In this document: in pieces, positions 38,101-53,100 of the stretch
How the letters are laid out: each line of letters starts with the position of its first letter
Numbering within the stretch: position 1 is the first letter of the stretch
From: Lingula anatina
Taxonomy: Eukaryota; Animalia; Brachiopoda
NCBI GenBank assembly: GCA_051362555.1
Contig: CM120648.1
Coordinates: forward strand, 18,596,587 to 18,660,586
DNA: 64,000 bases
Reading direction: 5' to 3'
Made by a program: the position numbers and the translations under genes
The notes under the pieces: generated by a model
Database searches by the model: none
What the model was told of the DNA's origin: nothing
Seen by the model: the letters and a program-made list of their open reading frames with translations, nothing else

Positions 38101-41100
38101 AATTGCAGTGTAAAATTTTCAACAAGATGTTTGCGAAATAGCCCATTACTATTTGTAGGTATTTCCCCCGTCAAAGTTTGTCTAAAATTATCTTTCAATC
38201 TTTACTCTTTCAAAGACAGTATAAAGTTACCTGACATATTTTCGTGTAAACTTAATGACAAGCCAAGTGTCTCCAGTTCATTCCGTACTCAATTTTACCC
38301 AAGCAAATTTTTTTCTTGAGTAGATCTTTATAGCACGGTGTTAAAAGCTTACAAATTTGCAAAAAAATTTGCGTACTGACGCAGAATTTGCGTTTCAAGT
38401 TATAAAATGATCAATCTTTTAAATTATTAAATATTTCAGATGAAATAATCTTCAGAAACAAATCCTCAAAGCATAAACGAATTAGGATAATGAAACCATT
38501 TTATTACAGCAGTTCCCATTTTTTTCTTTAATATAACGCTCTTTTTCCTGTTTTTCCTCAACACGTTTTCTTCCACGGAAGCTTCAAGATACCCTGAGAG
38601 CAATTTCTTTTATTAATGTTCGCGACCGTGTTTGAACTTAATTGTTTAAGTATTGATATTTAACGTTATTTACAAATACCAATAAAATAACCCCATGAAA
38701 TAAATGAGATATATTGAAAAATATGAAAGCCCACCAAGACGAGTTTCATACCTGTTATTACCTGGCTTGGGAATTGCAGCGGTGCATAATTAACAGTTTT
38801 TATTGTTAACGAGCTCTTGGTCAACTACAATGGATTTAAAAATGCATCAGCAATATTAGTAAGCTTGCCAAATGCTGACAGTATCTAAAAGACTATCAGC
38901 TTTTGATATGATCTAAAACACCTCAGGTGACCGAGATCGCGAGGATCGCAACTATTGTCACTGAAGTTAGTAAGTTAGTCACGGAAGACCGTCACAGATA
39001 AAGAAAGATAGGCAAGGAGTGCTGCAATTTTGGTGAATCCCACGGCAATACACTGAGGCATAAAGAAAATTGCTCAACTCCGTTCAACACAACTTTCCAA
39101 AATTATTCTGTCTGTTTGCACCATGCAGCTCAGTTGAGTCTCATAGACCTTTATCCCAATTGTCGTCACAGTACCGCGTAACCCAGATCTGTTGCTTCAT
39201 TTATGAGGTGAGGTTTACTAAAACGCTTTTTTACTACTAAAAGATTGTAAAACATACCTCTAGTGTACAGATTGAGTGCTGAATCTTCAAAATTCGAGAA
39301 ATGGATTTTAATACTGATATCAATTCTAACTTATAAGTAAACATGTAATCCACATAAGGGTGTATGGGGTATTTCATTTTTTTATGTACAGACACAGATG
39401 TGTCTGTACATACAGTATAGCCATCATCTGCGTCTGTCGTCGCCGTCGGCGCCGTCGGCGCTGTCGTCGCCGTGCACTTTTACCGATAACACGATAAGTG
39501 GAAAACCATTTTACCTTTTGACTTGAAACTTGCAGAACTGACGAATATTCATAATACGCAGGTCAAGTTCGAAAATCAGCATGATCGGGTCACTTTTAGG
39601 GAATTTATGCTGTTTTTTCACTTTTTTCAGCATATATGCAGCACCGATAACACGATAAGTGGAAAACCATTTTACCTTTTGACTTGAAACTAACAGAACT
39701 GATGAATATTCATAATACGCAGGTCAAGTTCGAAAATCAGCATGATCGGGTCACTTTTAGGGAATTTATGCTGTTTTTTCACTTCTTTCAGCATATATGC
39801 AGCACCGATAACATGATAAGTGGAAAACCATTTTACCTTTTGACTTGAAACTTACAGAACTGGTGAACATTCATAATACGCAGGTCAAGTTCGAAAATCA
39901 GCATGATTGGGCCATTTTTAGGGAATTTATGCTGTTTTTTCACTATTTTCAATATAAATTCAACACTGATAACACAATATAAGAAAAACGGATTGGCCAA
40001 TTGTAATTATACTCACAGGAGTGGTCAATCTTACTAAAACGCAGGTTGAGTTCGAAAATCAGCATAATCAGGCCATTATTTTAGAAGTTATACTGTTTTT
40101 CACATTTCCTCAGATTCAATTATTAGGCATGTTAACAGTCTCATTATTTCACTAATAAGATGCCTAAAAGTGTTTGTTTGATATTTCCTGCATCTTTACA
40201 ACATTGTTAGTTGATTATGTAAAAAACATGGTAAACTTGTTATCATGTATTGTGTAATAAAGTGTCAAAAATGGAAATAAACTCATATCATTGCAGTTTG
40301 TCAGATTCAATCATCCACTATGTTCAGAATCTCAGAATGGAGGAAATTGGACATTTAACACTGTTCTATTGATACTTTTCCCATCTCATCAATTTTCTTA
40401 GTTGGTCATATAAAATGGCAGTAAAATGTTTATTTTGTTTTATGTTAAAAAAGTGTTAAAAATGGAAATAAACCCATTTCAGAACAGTGCTTCTTGTTTA
40501 CATTTTGGCATTTTCAAGGCGTGACTTTGAAGTTCCATGGGCCTGAAGACCTTTGCTAGTCACATTTTCTGAATATCTGTGAAACAAATATTTTATAATT
40601 AAAAATTGATGGTCATTAAGCTGTTAAACATTATGTAATATTGCATCAAAATTTGAAGAAACCCCTATTTTGGGCACTGCTTCCATGATGACCATTTAAG
40701 GAAAATCATGTCACTTACTGTTCTCAAACTTACAGGAAAGCAACATGGGACTAAAATACAGCTTCAGTAGGCAATGCAGTCTGTTTGGTATTTTAATTTA
40801 TTTATTTTTTTGGCAGTTAAACAGTTTTTTGTGAAAATTTAATTTTTCACATATTGGCATTTTCAAGGTGTGACTTTAAAGTTCCATGATCTTGAAGACT
40901 TTTGCTTGTCACATTTTCTGAATGTCCATGTTACTAATATTTTATTAATAACATTTGATTGTCATTATGCTGTTAAACATTATGTAATGTTGCATCAAAA
41001 TTTGAAGAAACCCCTATTTTGGGCACTGCTCCTATGATGACCATTTAAGGGAAATCATGTCACTTACTGTTCTCAAACTTACAGGAAAGAAACATGGGTC

Positions 41101-44100
41101 TAACATACAGCTTCAATAGGCAACGCAGTCTGTTTGGTAAATTTTTCTGGCAATTTAACAGTTTTTTGTGAAAATTTAATTTTTCACTTATTTGCATCTT
41201 TATTTTCTGTTCTTTGTCTGTACATTTGACAGCTTTGCTGCCTTGTTTTTCCATATTCACCCAGAGAGAAGGGACAGTGGGACACTCCTGGACGGACAAA
41301 CAGTTCAACAACCACAGCAAGCACCACCTGCAGCAAACCTTGGCGATGAGGTACCCGATGCGCCACACGAGATTCCAAAGGCATCCAATGATCCGACTAT
41401 GTCCGATTTTCTCGAGGTCCATGCGACTTCACCAGGTACTTTAACCGTGCTTCTTTGTATGCCATTTTACTTAGGCCTTACAAATGTGTTTTTTTGTCAG
41501 AAAAAAATCAAAATGATAAGGTGCACGTGGTGATGCTGGGATTATGGCATTTTGCCTCAGGAAGAAGATGGTGTGCATTTTGTGGTCTTTCAACATATTG
41601 TGGAGAACTGTATTGTACCACCCTGAGCTTCAGAGCTAACTTGACACTAACCTTTTCACTGTAGCCTATCTCCATCGTGTCAAGTAACCTCTGACCAGAT
41701 TCGAGTGCCCCCGCCGCCCGCCAATCAAATTTAAAGCCCGCACTCAATGACTCATTGAACGATCTAGCCAATGAACGCGAACGAGTCAAAGCGCGCTTTG
41801 TTCAAATCCGGACCAATCAAAGATAAGGCTGAATATCAGGGACTTGCCGTAACCTGTGGGCAGCACGCAAAATACATCATCCCTCAGTAGATAATGATGC
41901 AGGGCATCATACTGCTCTGGTTTCAATTCCGATATACTGCTCCATGCTTTCTTTGTGTACGGTTATGCACTCGGAACCACTCGGAACTACTCGGATGTCT
42001 CCGCACTCGACAATAACTATGTTGTTAGTATGGAGCTTGCGGAATCAGCCGAGGATTGCCGATTGACGATCAACCAATCAGCGTTTTCACCAAACTTTGG
42101 TGAAAAATTTTGAAACATGGATTCGATTGGCTTATATAAAATAGGTCAAACTATTTTCGTCAGAGGTTACTTGACACGATGGAGATAGGCTACAGTGAAA
42201 AGGTTAGTGTCAAGTTAGCTCTGAAGCTCAGGGTGTATTGTACGTGTATACTTAAAAATGCGCACTACATTACTGCACCAGTAAATACTGAAAATGGTGC
42301 ATGTATTTTATACAGTATCAAATAAAATATATGTGCCAAATTTAATTAAAATGTACGTACATTTTTATGTACAGACACAGATGTGTCTGTACATATAGCC
42401 ATCATCTGCGTCTGTCGTCGCCGTCGCCGTCGCCGTGCACTTTTACCGATAACACGATAAGTGGAAAACTGTTTCTTCTTTTGCTTTGAAACTTACAGAA
42501 CTGATGAATATTCATAATACGCAGTTCAAGTTCGAAAATCAGCATGATCGGGTCACTTTTAGGGAATTTATGCTGTTTTTTCACTTTTTTCAGCATATAT
42601 GCAGCACCGATAACACAATAAGTGGAAAACCATTTTACCTTTTGGCTTGAAACTTACAGAACTGATGAATATTGATAATACGCAGGTCAAGTTCGAAAAT
42701 CAGCATGATTGGGCCATTTTTAGGGAATTTATGCTGTTTTTTCACTTTTTTCAGCATTTATGCAGCACCGATAACACGATATTTGAAGAACTGTTTTACT
42801 TTTTGGCTTGAAACTTACAAAACTGATAAATATTCATAATTCGCAAGTCAAGTTCGAAAATCAGCATGATTGGGCCATTTTTAGGGAATTTATGCTGTTT
42901 TTTCACTTTTTTCAGCATTTATGCAACACCGATAACACGATATTTGAAGAACTGTTTTACCTTTTGGCTTGAAACTTACAAAACTGATAAATATTCATAA
43001 TTCGCAAGTCAAGTTCGAAAATCAGCATGATCGGGTCACTTTTAGGGAATTTATGCTGTTTTTTCACTTTTTTCAGCATATATGCAGCACCGATAACAAA
43101 ATAAGTGGAAAACTATCTTACCTTTTGGCTTGAAACTTATAGAACTGATGAATATTCATAATACGCAGGTCAAGTTCGAAAATCAGCATGATTGGGCCAT
43201 TTTTAGGGAATTTATGCTGTTTTTACACTTTTTTCAGCATCATTTATGCAACACCGATAACACGATATTTGAAGAACTGTTTTACCTTTTGGCTTGAAAC
43301 TTACAAAACTGATAAATATTCATAATTCGCAAGTCAAGTTCGAAAATCAGCATGATTGGGCCATTTTTAGGGAATTTATGCTGTTTTTTCACTTTTTTCA
43401 GCATTTATGCAACACCGATAACACGATATTTGAAGAACTGTTTTACCTTTTGGCTTGAAACTTACAAAACTGATAAATATTCATAATTCGCAAGTCAAGT
43501 TCGAAAATCAGCATGATCGGGTCACTTTTAGGGAATTTATGCTGTTTTTTCACTTTTTTCAGCATATATGCAGCACCGATAACAAAATAAGTGGAAAACT
43601 ATCTTACCTTTTGGCTTGAAACTTATAGAACTGATGAATATTCATAATACGCAGGTCAAGTTCGAAAATCGGCATGATTGGGCCATTTTTAGGGAATTTA
43701 TGCTGTTTTTACACTTTTTTCAGCATCATTTATGCAACACCGATAACACGATATTTGAAGAACTGTTTTACCTTTTGGCTTGAAACTTACAAAACTGATA
43801 AATATTCATAATTCGCAAGTCAAGTTCGAAAATCAGCATGATTGGGCCATTTATATGGAAGTTATGTTGTTTTTTCACTTTTTTTCAGCATATATGCAAC
43901 ACCTATAACACATTTTAAGGAAAATTGATTGGCCAATTGTCTTGAAATTCACAGTAGTGATCAGTGTTACTGAAATACAGATTAAGTTTTGAAAATAAGC
44001 TTGATCAGTTAAAGTTTGGTGAAGTTATACCTTTTTTTTGTATATAAGTTTTTTTCCTCAAATTTAATTCTCAGGCATGTTAACAGTCTCATTTTTTAAA

Positions 44101-47100
44101 TAATTAGATATTTTAAGTTGTTCTTTTGACATTTTCGGCATCTTAACAACCTTGTTAGTCGATTATATAAAAATGATGGTAAACCTGATATTGTGTATTG
44201 TTTAATAAGTGTCAAAAATGGAAAAAAAACACATATCTTTACAGTTTGTCAGATTCAACCATTCACTATGTTCAGAATCTCAGAATGGAGCAAGTTGGAC
44301 ATTTATAATTGTTCTATTGATATTTTTGCTTTAACTACATATTTTTTTGATTGATCATATAAAAATGACAGTAAATTGATTATTTTGTTTTATGTTTAAA
44401 AGGTGTTGAAAATGGAAATAAACTCTTTCAATACAGTTTTCTCTTGTTTACATTTTGGGATTTTCAAAGTATGACTCTGAACTCTATGGGCTAGTCACAT
44501 TTTCTGAATATCCATGATACTTTTATTTTATTATTAAAAAATTTATGGTTATTATGCTGTTAAGCATTGTGTAATATTGCATCAAAATTGAACAAAACCC
44601 TATTCTGGGCGCTGCCTCCGTAGTGGCGGTGAAAGGAAAACCATGTTACTTGCTCTTTCCACACTTACAGGAAAGAAACATAGGACTGAAATATAGCTTC
44701 AGTTGTAAAATTGTCTCATTAGTTTATTGTTTGGAAGTCATACAGGTTTTTTGTGAAAATTTTTATCTTTCACATGTTGCAATTTTCAATGTGGGACTTA
44801 TTGCTCCCTTGGGCATGAAGCCCAGTGGTGATCAAATTTTCTTAATGTCCATGTTTTTAATAGTAGATATTTTAAAATTGGTGGTATTTATACAGTTAAT
44901 CTTTATGTAATGTTGCATCAAAATTGACAAAAAACCTACTTTGTGCTCTGCCACCATTAATATTATGTAAAGTAGTGTTACTTTCTATTTTTTAACTAGT
45001 CTTACAAGAATGATTCTTAGGATTGACATACAGCTCATATTATAAAACCAGCTCTATTGGATTATCATTTTTATTAAATTATGCATTTTTTTGTGAAATT
45101 TTCATTTTTCTCATTCTGGCACTTTCTAATTGTAAACTTGAACTTCGATGGGCCTGAAGCCTTATGCTTTTACTTTCATCAGTGTTACCTGTTGTGCATA
45201 ATTAAAATTTGATGTTGACTGTGCAGTTAAACATAATGTATTATTGCATCAGAATTGTCAGTCTCCTGTTTTTGTGCATTATTGTTTTCTGCTTTTCTTA
45301 AGGTGTGACTTATGGGCCTGAAGACCTTTGATAGACAAATTCCCCTTGGGTATTCACTAGGCCAAGTTTAGTGCTATAAACTCATTTGCCTAATTAAGTG
45401 TCCATTAAATGAGATTTCATAAAGCACACTTGTTGATATTTCCCTGTAAACTCCCAAAGGTTAAGCTCTCTGCTAGATAACATAGTGGCCATAATAAGGA
45501 AGCAGTGAATAACAGCTTCATTAGATAATATTTTTGTTGTTTTCTTTTTAATTTTTTCTCCAACACTGGCATTTATAAGATGTGACTTTTAACTCACATC
45601 CACCTGAGGCGCCGCACATTTTCTGTATTTCCACATAAGCAGTTGTATTGGTATTCATGTCTTTAAACACTATGTAATATTATCTTATGCACTGTCATCA
45701 TTTTTCATATATTGGGACTTTCATCATGTGAATTTTAACTCTCATGGTCCTGAAACTGTAATCTTATTGAAGGGGTGGATTGAGACCATCTTCTGGGTCT
45801 CCTGGAAGACAGTCAGATTTTAAAGTTTATATTGATGGGTATCTATTTTTTTCTGTTGGAAGACCATCAAAATGGAGGATGGATCAACAAAAATACTTTA
45901 GAATACTGTCAGAAAATATTTCTGACCGACCGGATGGCCTTGTGGTTAGAGTGTCCGCCTCCGGAGCGGGAGGACGTGGGTCCAAACCCGTCCGGGGACA
46001 TACCAGTCCTTTATAAACGGTACCTGCTGTCTCTCCGCTTGGCACTCAGCACTAAGGGGTTGAAGCAGGGGCCTGGTCAGGCAGTGCAGAAATGATACAT
46101 TAGCTATGAGCGCCTAATATGGCAGCCGAGCTGTATGCTCCCCAGGGAGGCGAGACAGTCTACGGAGTGCACCAGTGCAAAAATGACCAGGCTTCCTTGA
46201 CTTTAATATTAATATATAATTGTATAACATAATTGTATAACTTCAACCTTTGGGTTGCGATTCTCCAATAAAGATTATTATTATTATATTATTATTATAA
46301 AATACTTTACAATACTGTCAGAAAATATTTCTGGATCTGCTCCTGTTATTGACCATGTTACCTGTTGTGCATGATGAAAAATCAGTGTTGACTGACTGTG
46401 CTATTATAAGCATTATTTATTATTGCATCAAAATTGACAAAATGACCTCTTTTGCATCTTTTTTTCTGTTTTTTTAGTCTGTACATTTGACAGCTTTGCT
46501 GCCTTGTTGCCATAATGCTTTTAAAAATGCGTTCACGATCACTACGAAAAATCAAAGTGTGTCGAGACGTTACCTAATTGTATTTGGGAAGCTGTCAGAC
46601 AATTTCTTTTGATAAAAAATACTTTGTAGCTTATGCAAATGTTGAGAAAAAAACATGCCGATTATGGAAAATTCAATTATCAAAATTTAAACTACGTAAT
46701 TCGACAGATTTTAATTTAATTTAATTTAATAATCGCGATCGTGTAATTCTGACATTGAATTCTCAGTGTGCACAAAGTGTAGGCATCGAAGGCATTCATG
46801 AATGTTGACACGTTTGATTTTTGAATCAGACGCTTCATGTTACTTGATAGCGCAGAGGCATGCCAGGGAAAACAGAGGAAGAAAAACAAGTTCTGTTTTT
46901 TCTTGATTGAAAGCTTCGATTTGTTGAAGGGCAATTCTGTATAGCCTGGTTTCCAAAGATCGTGTCGCAGGCATATCAGCAAAACAAAATGCATCGCCAA
47001 GGACCCGAATGCCTTGGCAAAATGTTTTAAGTTTACTTTGTTATTTTGATACAAATAAGCTTTCGGTTGACACAGATTTGACTGGTCTCCAACTTTCCAT

Positions 47101-50100
47101 GTTGCACTGTGCCTGACCGGAAAAAAAACCCTTAAAATGAGTAGTGATTCAGTGTTCCAATGATGCCTGCGACGGCTAGAAACGTGACCCGTATTATTGG
47201 CCTTTGGGAGATCATTTCAGGTCGGTTCACTGTAACACTATCGGCAAATATACTTTACAAATAGTTCCTCGATCTACGCGATTTATGAAATATGCTTTTC
47301 CGCACTCTCAGTGAGACTAAGTACTGTTATATTAACAAAATAAAATAAACAGTACCGTTGCATCTACGAGTAAATAATACGTTAAGGCTTCAGAATTTTC
47401 TGTTTCAGAATACGTATCTTGGCGACACACGGGAAAGGGAACATGGTTTGTTCAATCCATTGTCGATACATTTTATCGTGAAGCACACAAATATGACGTT
47501 TTACAAATGTTGGTGAATGTAAGTACTGAAATAACATGAACTACATTATTTTGCATTGAAAGTGTGTTAAATTCATTAGAACACCAATCAAATATAAAAC
47601 ATAGCTGCCAGAAGAAGTGACATGTCGTAAGAGGTGACTTATGTAAATACAGTCCAACATGCACAGACTTTTTAAGAACCAGCGAAATGCTCTTCTGTTT
47701 ATTTTGACAGTTTAATCAGAACTGTTCACTTCATGTAATATTTTATTTCACCAGGTCAATCACGCGATCTCTCAAAAGCAAACAACAATGGGCAACAAAC
47801 AGGCACCAGAGATAGTTACCAGCTTACGCAAGAAAGTTTTCTTCAACATAACTCCAGGTAAGCAAAAAGAATCACATCTTCCCTAGGTGTATTCGGCCAA
47901 ATAATAAAGACTTGAGATCAAAAGTAAGCAAAAACAACGAACCTGGAACGTGTTAAGGTACAAACAATGCTGCCAGTCCTGCTGAAGATCTCATCCTTTT
48001 ATCAAATGTCTCAAATCTCCCACCCAGTTGCAGACCCCACCTACAACATTGTTTCCCAACTTCAATAAATCATTCCCAACTAAAGCTGGAACTTCAAGGT
48101 TATGATATTCATAAGGTTATTTTTCTCATCAATGTTATTTCTATGTGTTTCCACCTAAATTGCACCACAACTCCCAGCATTCACACACCTCACAGTCATT
48201 TATCAGTACTTACTCCTCCTGAAGTGATTTGGGACTACATTGAATCAGGTTATCCTTTGGGCGGATTGCTGGCACAATTTAGTCTCCTTCTTACAGATTT
48301 CAAATATTCAATGTTACATGTTATCCCTAAATCTGATCTTCACAAAACTCGTGTAATTTACGATTTTTTTTTATCCCAACCTGGTCTCGGTTGATTCTAA
48401 CATTCCAAGAGAGTTCTCTGTGGCACAGTACGACTTCATTGATGCTGTTATCACACATGTCCAACATTTTGTTCGTGGTGCTCTTTTAGGTATATCTTAT
48501 ATTCAAGATGTTTTCCACATTTTACCGATTATCAACTGCGTCCATCCCTTAAAGGCCCAGTGGGTCACCTGTGAGCCACACGTTTGACACGTCCCCACCC
48601 ACACCACACAAAATGAATCCACTTCATTTTGCAATTTCCTATTCCTTATGTACTAGTTTATCCTTGTTGACCAATTAGAAACTAGATCATTATCCTTCAC
48701 TTACTCAAATATGTCTGCCTCCATAAGAAGGAGTAAATGCTATTGTCTAGTGGGTTTTTATGTCTGTATTGTCATCTCAAGGTTAATAATAATTTCAGTC
48801 TTCTGGCTTTTCATTCTAAATACAATAGTCTTAAACCACACAGAAATGTTTTATACAGTTGTTAGCTACGCTTCCAGGTTTAAATTTATTTTTATGTACA
48901 GACACAGATGTGTCTGTACATATTGCCATCACCTGCGTCTGTCGTCGCCGTCGTCGCCGTCGCCGTCGCCGATGCCGATGCCGTCGCCGATGCCGGCGCC
49001 GTGCACTTTCAGCGTTAACACGATAAGTGGAATAAAGTTTTACTTTTTGGCTTTATATTTACAGAGCTGATGAATATTCATAAAACCCAGGTCAAGTTCG
49101 AAAATCAGCATGATCGAGCCATTATTGTAGAAGTTATGCTGTTTTTTCACTTTTCAGCATATATACAACACTGTTAACACATTTCAAGGAAAACCGATAG
49201 GCCTGTTGTCATGAAACTCACAGGAGCAATCAATCTTACTAAAACGCAGGTCAAGTTCGAAAATCGGCACGATCGGGCCACTATTTTAGTAGTTATGCTG
49301 TTTTTTCACTTTTTAGCATATATGCAACACTGTAAACACAATATAAGAAAAACAGATAGGGCAATTGTCATTTAAACTCACAGGAGTGGTCAATCTTACT
49401 AAAATGCAGGTTGAGTTTGAAAATTAGCATAATTGGGCCATTATTTTAGAAGTTATGCTGTTTTTTCACATTTCCTTAGATTCAGTTCTAAGGCATGTTA
49501 ACAGTTTCATTATTTAATTAATAAGAAATGTAAAAGTGTTTGTTTGACATTTTCTGCATCTTTACAACATTGTTAGTTGATTTCGTAAATATGATGGTAA
49601 ACTTGTTATGGTGTATTGTGTAATAAAGTGTCAAAAATGGAATTAAACTCATATCATTGCAGTTTGTCAGATTCAATTATTCAGTATGTTTAGAAACTCA
49701 GAATGGAAGAAATTGGACATTTAACACTATTCTATTAATATTTTTCCCATCTCATCAATTTTCTTAGTTGATCATATATAAATGGCAGTAAATTGTTAAT
49801 TTTGTTATATGTTAAAAAATTGTTAAAAATGGAAAAAAAACACATTTCAGGACAGTGCTGTCTTGTCTACATTTTGGCATATTCAAGGTGTGACTTTGAA
49901 GTTCCTTGGGCCTGAAGACCTTTGCTAGGAACATTTTCTGAATATCCATGATACTAATATTTTATTATTAAAAATTGATGGTAATTATCCTGTTAAACAT
50001 TATGTAATATTGCATCAAAATTTGAAGAAACCCCTATTTTGGACAATGCTCCCATGATGACCATTTAAGGAAAACCATGTCACTTACTGTTCTCAAACTT

Positions 50101-53100
50101 ACAGGAAGAAACATGGGACTTAAATAAAGCTTCAGTGGGCAATGCAGTCTATTTGGTAAATTTTTTTGGCAGTTAATCAGTTTTTTGTGAAAATTTAATT
50201 TTTCACATATTGGCATTTTCAAGGTGTGACTTAGAACCTCCACGGGCTTGAAGACCCATGCTAGTCACATTTTCTGAAAATCCACAATACGTATATTTTA
50301 TTATGAGGCCACCTGCGTCTGTCGTCGCCGTCGCCAATCATGTTGCCGTCACCGTCGCTGTGCACTTTCAGCGTTAACACCGTTAGTGGAAGACAGTTTT
50401 ACTTTTTGGCTTTATATTTACAGAGCTGATGAGTATTCATAAAATGCAGGTTAAGTTCGAAAATAAGCATGATCGGGCCATTATTTTATAAGTTGTGCAG
50501 TTTTTTCACGTTTCCTCAGATTCAATTCTTTGGCATGTTAACAGTCTCATTATTTAACTAATAAGATTCGTAAAAGTGTTTGTTTGACATTTCCTGCATC
50601 TTTACAACATTGTTATTTGATTATGTAAAAATGATGGTAAACTTCTTATTTTAGTAGTTATGCTGTTTTTTACACTTTTCAGCATATATGCAACACTGTA
50701 AACACAATATAAGAAAAACAGATGGGCCAATTGTCATGAAAGTCATAGGAGTGGTCAGTTTTGCTAAAATGCATGTTGATTTCGTAAACCAGCATAATCG
50801 TGCCAATATTTTTGAAGGTATTCTGTTTTTTCACATTTCCTCAGATTCATTTCTTAGGCATGTTAACAGTCTCATTATTAAACTAATAAGATACGTAAAA
50901 GCGTTTGTTTGACATTTCCTGCATCTTTACAACATTGTTAGTTGATTTAGTAAAAATGATGGTAAACTTGTTATCATGTATTGTGTAAAAAAGTGTCAAA
51001 AATGGAAATAAACTCATATCATTGCAGTTTGTCAGATTTAATCATTCACTATGTTCAGAATCTCAGAATGGAGGAAATTGGACATTTAAGACTGTTCTAT
51101 TGATATTTTTCCCATCTCATCAATTTTCTTAGTTGATCATATGAAAATGGCAGTAAACTGTTAATTTTGTTTTATGTTAAAAAATTGTTAAAAATGGGGA
51201 AAAAAACATTTCAGAACCGTGCTGTCTTGTCTTTATTTCCACGTAAGCAGTTGTATTGTTTTTTATGTCTTTAAACATTATGTAATATTATTTTATGCAG
51301 TCATCATTTTTCAAAAATTGAGACTTTCATCATGTGAATTTGAACTCTCATGATCCTGAAACTGTAATCTTATTGAAGAGGTGGATTGAGACCATCTTCT
51401 GGGTCTTCCGGAAGACGGTCAGGTTATTAAGTTTATATTGACTGATATCTATTTTTTTTCTGTTGGAAGACCATCAAAATGGGGGATGAATCAACATAGA
51501 TACTTTGGAATACTATCAGAAAATATCTCTGGGTTCGCTCCTGTTATTGACCATGGTACCTGTTGTGCATGATTAGAATTCAGTGTTGACTGACAGTGCT
51601 ATTATAAGCAGTATTTATTATTGCATCAAAATTGACAAAATGACCTATTTTGCATCTTTATTTTCTGTTTTTTGTCTGTACATTTGACAGCTTTGCTGCC
51701 TTGTTTATGTTGTTATTGTAATAAAAAGAGGTTTGTGATATCTTGAAACTTAGTCATTTGTTTACCTCTAAAGCCCAGTGGGTCACCGGTGGAACATAAC
51801 CAAAAACTAGGTCAATGTTGCCCAAAACATTTTTTTCAACATTTATTGATAAATATGCTTATTACAACCCTATTACCTAGGTATTAAACTTTTCATGCAA
51901 GAAAAACATGTCTTGGGCCTTAAAGGGTTTTTCCTGGAATGATCTGTTTTATTATGAGAAATGTTTGCCAATAGGTGCAAGTTGTTCGTGCCAGATTTTT
52001 TAATCTATGAGTAAAGCTATGCAATGGATTATGTTGGAGAGATTTCACGATTCGGCCATGTCCCGTATACTAGATGATATCTGTTTCATTGGACCTCAAA
52101 ATTCCAAGAAGTGTCAGGTTGATTTTTCTTGTGTTATGCACATGGATAAACGTTTCCATTAACGCAGTAAAAACCTTTACTCTGACCACTTGTTTAACGT
52201 AAACAACCTTTACTCTGACCACTTTTGTTTATTTTATCTCATCGAAATAGATTCAATACAAATGAAACCTTGGATAGGCTTTTAGGGTTTAATCTGAAAT
52301 GAAATTTCAGGCATCGGTCAAACGTGTCTAATTTGGTTCAGTTTTGTTGTGGGATATGGTTGATTGCATGGGTGAGTAATGACCCACCCACTTATTGTCC
52401 ATGTGGTTCAAGTATGGTGATTTTGATGACCAAGGTAACTGCTTACTCCCTTGTTTCATTAAGTTATCTGCTATTCGAGGTTCTCTGTTCGAACCAGTAA
52501 TCTCATTGTGCAACCTTACATTACTCCTAATGTGCCCCCTAGTCATGCGATTCCCAGATTATAACTTACTTTGATGTGTTTAGGATCTTATTATTTCTTT
52601 ACTATTAAAAATGATAATTTTCAGTCATATGCACTTTACCTCATTTGCCTTTGAGCAAAAACAGAGCTGCGTTGTGCTAATGATCATTTGGCTACATAAA
52701 ACAGCAATTTAGATAATTGTGTTTATGTAGGGAATGTCTACATCAGTGAGATTTAAGTCATCCAGCTTTTTAGCTGCTTGATATTTACCCGCATTGTTAC
52801 GTAGTGCAGTTTATGCAGCTACGCTGGAAGATTACTTGTTTCGTTATTTCATTTTTATTTGGACACATTCCACCTTCCCCCATCACCCGCCTTAGTCCTT
52901 GTGTTTTTTTTCTATTTTTTTTCTTTTTTCACTAACCAGTCTCTCTATTTCTGCGCCAATAACTATTGTGGTTTCATATCTATTTTATTCTGAATTAATC
53001 TTGGTTGCACCCATTAAACTATATTATTATTATTTATATTATGACATTTATATAGCATGGGGTGTATGATAATCCCCCATTTTTGTAAGTTTATATCTCA

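Larger units (their letters stand above)
48310..52260 (+). pseudogene. DIRS/Ngaro-type reverse transcriptase relic in two pieces (about 48310-48548 and 51924-52260)
   Basis: First piece: LHVIPK...TRVIYD...SVDSNIPREFSVAQYDFIDAVI...RGALLGISYIQDVFHILPI. Second piece: GFSWNDLFYYEKCLPIGASCSCQIF*...QWI...ILDDICFIGP. Contains stops and frameshifts. Confidence 0.75.

Noticed and set aside
36897-39360. Possible further TTAA-flanked elements in this intron
   Set aside because: No matching pair of termini or coding relic could be established.
41619-42235. hAT assignment from CA...TG ends and 8-bp TSD
   Set aside because: The RecQ-like relic and long TIRs favour AcademH-like, though hAT is not fully excluded.
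39482-43900. Regularly spaced repeats as a CRISPR array
   Set aside because: Units are contiguous 161-bp monomers without unique spacers, inside eukaryotic transposons, and there are no cas genes.
45925-46000. Functional tRNA gene
   Set aside because: Degenerate B-box and acceptor stem, and it continues into a SINE core, tail and TSD.
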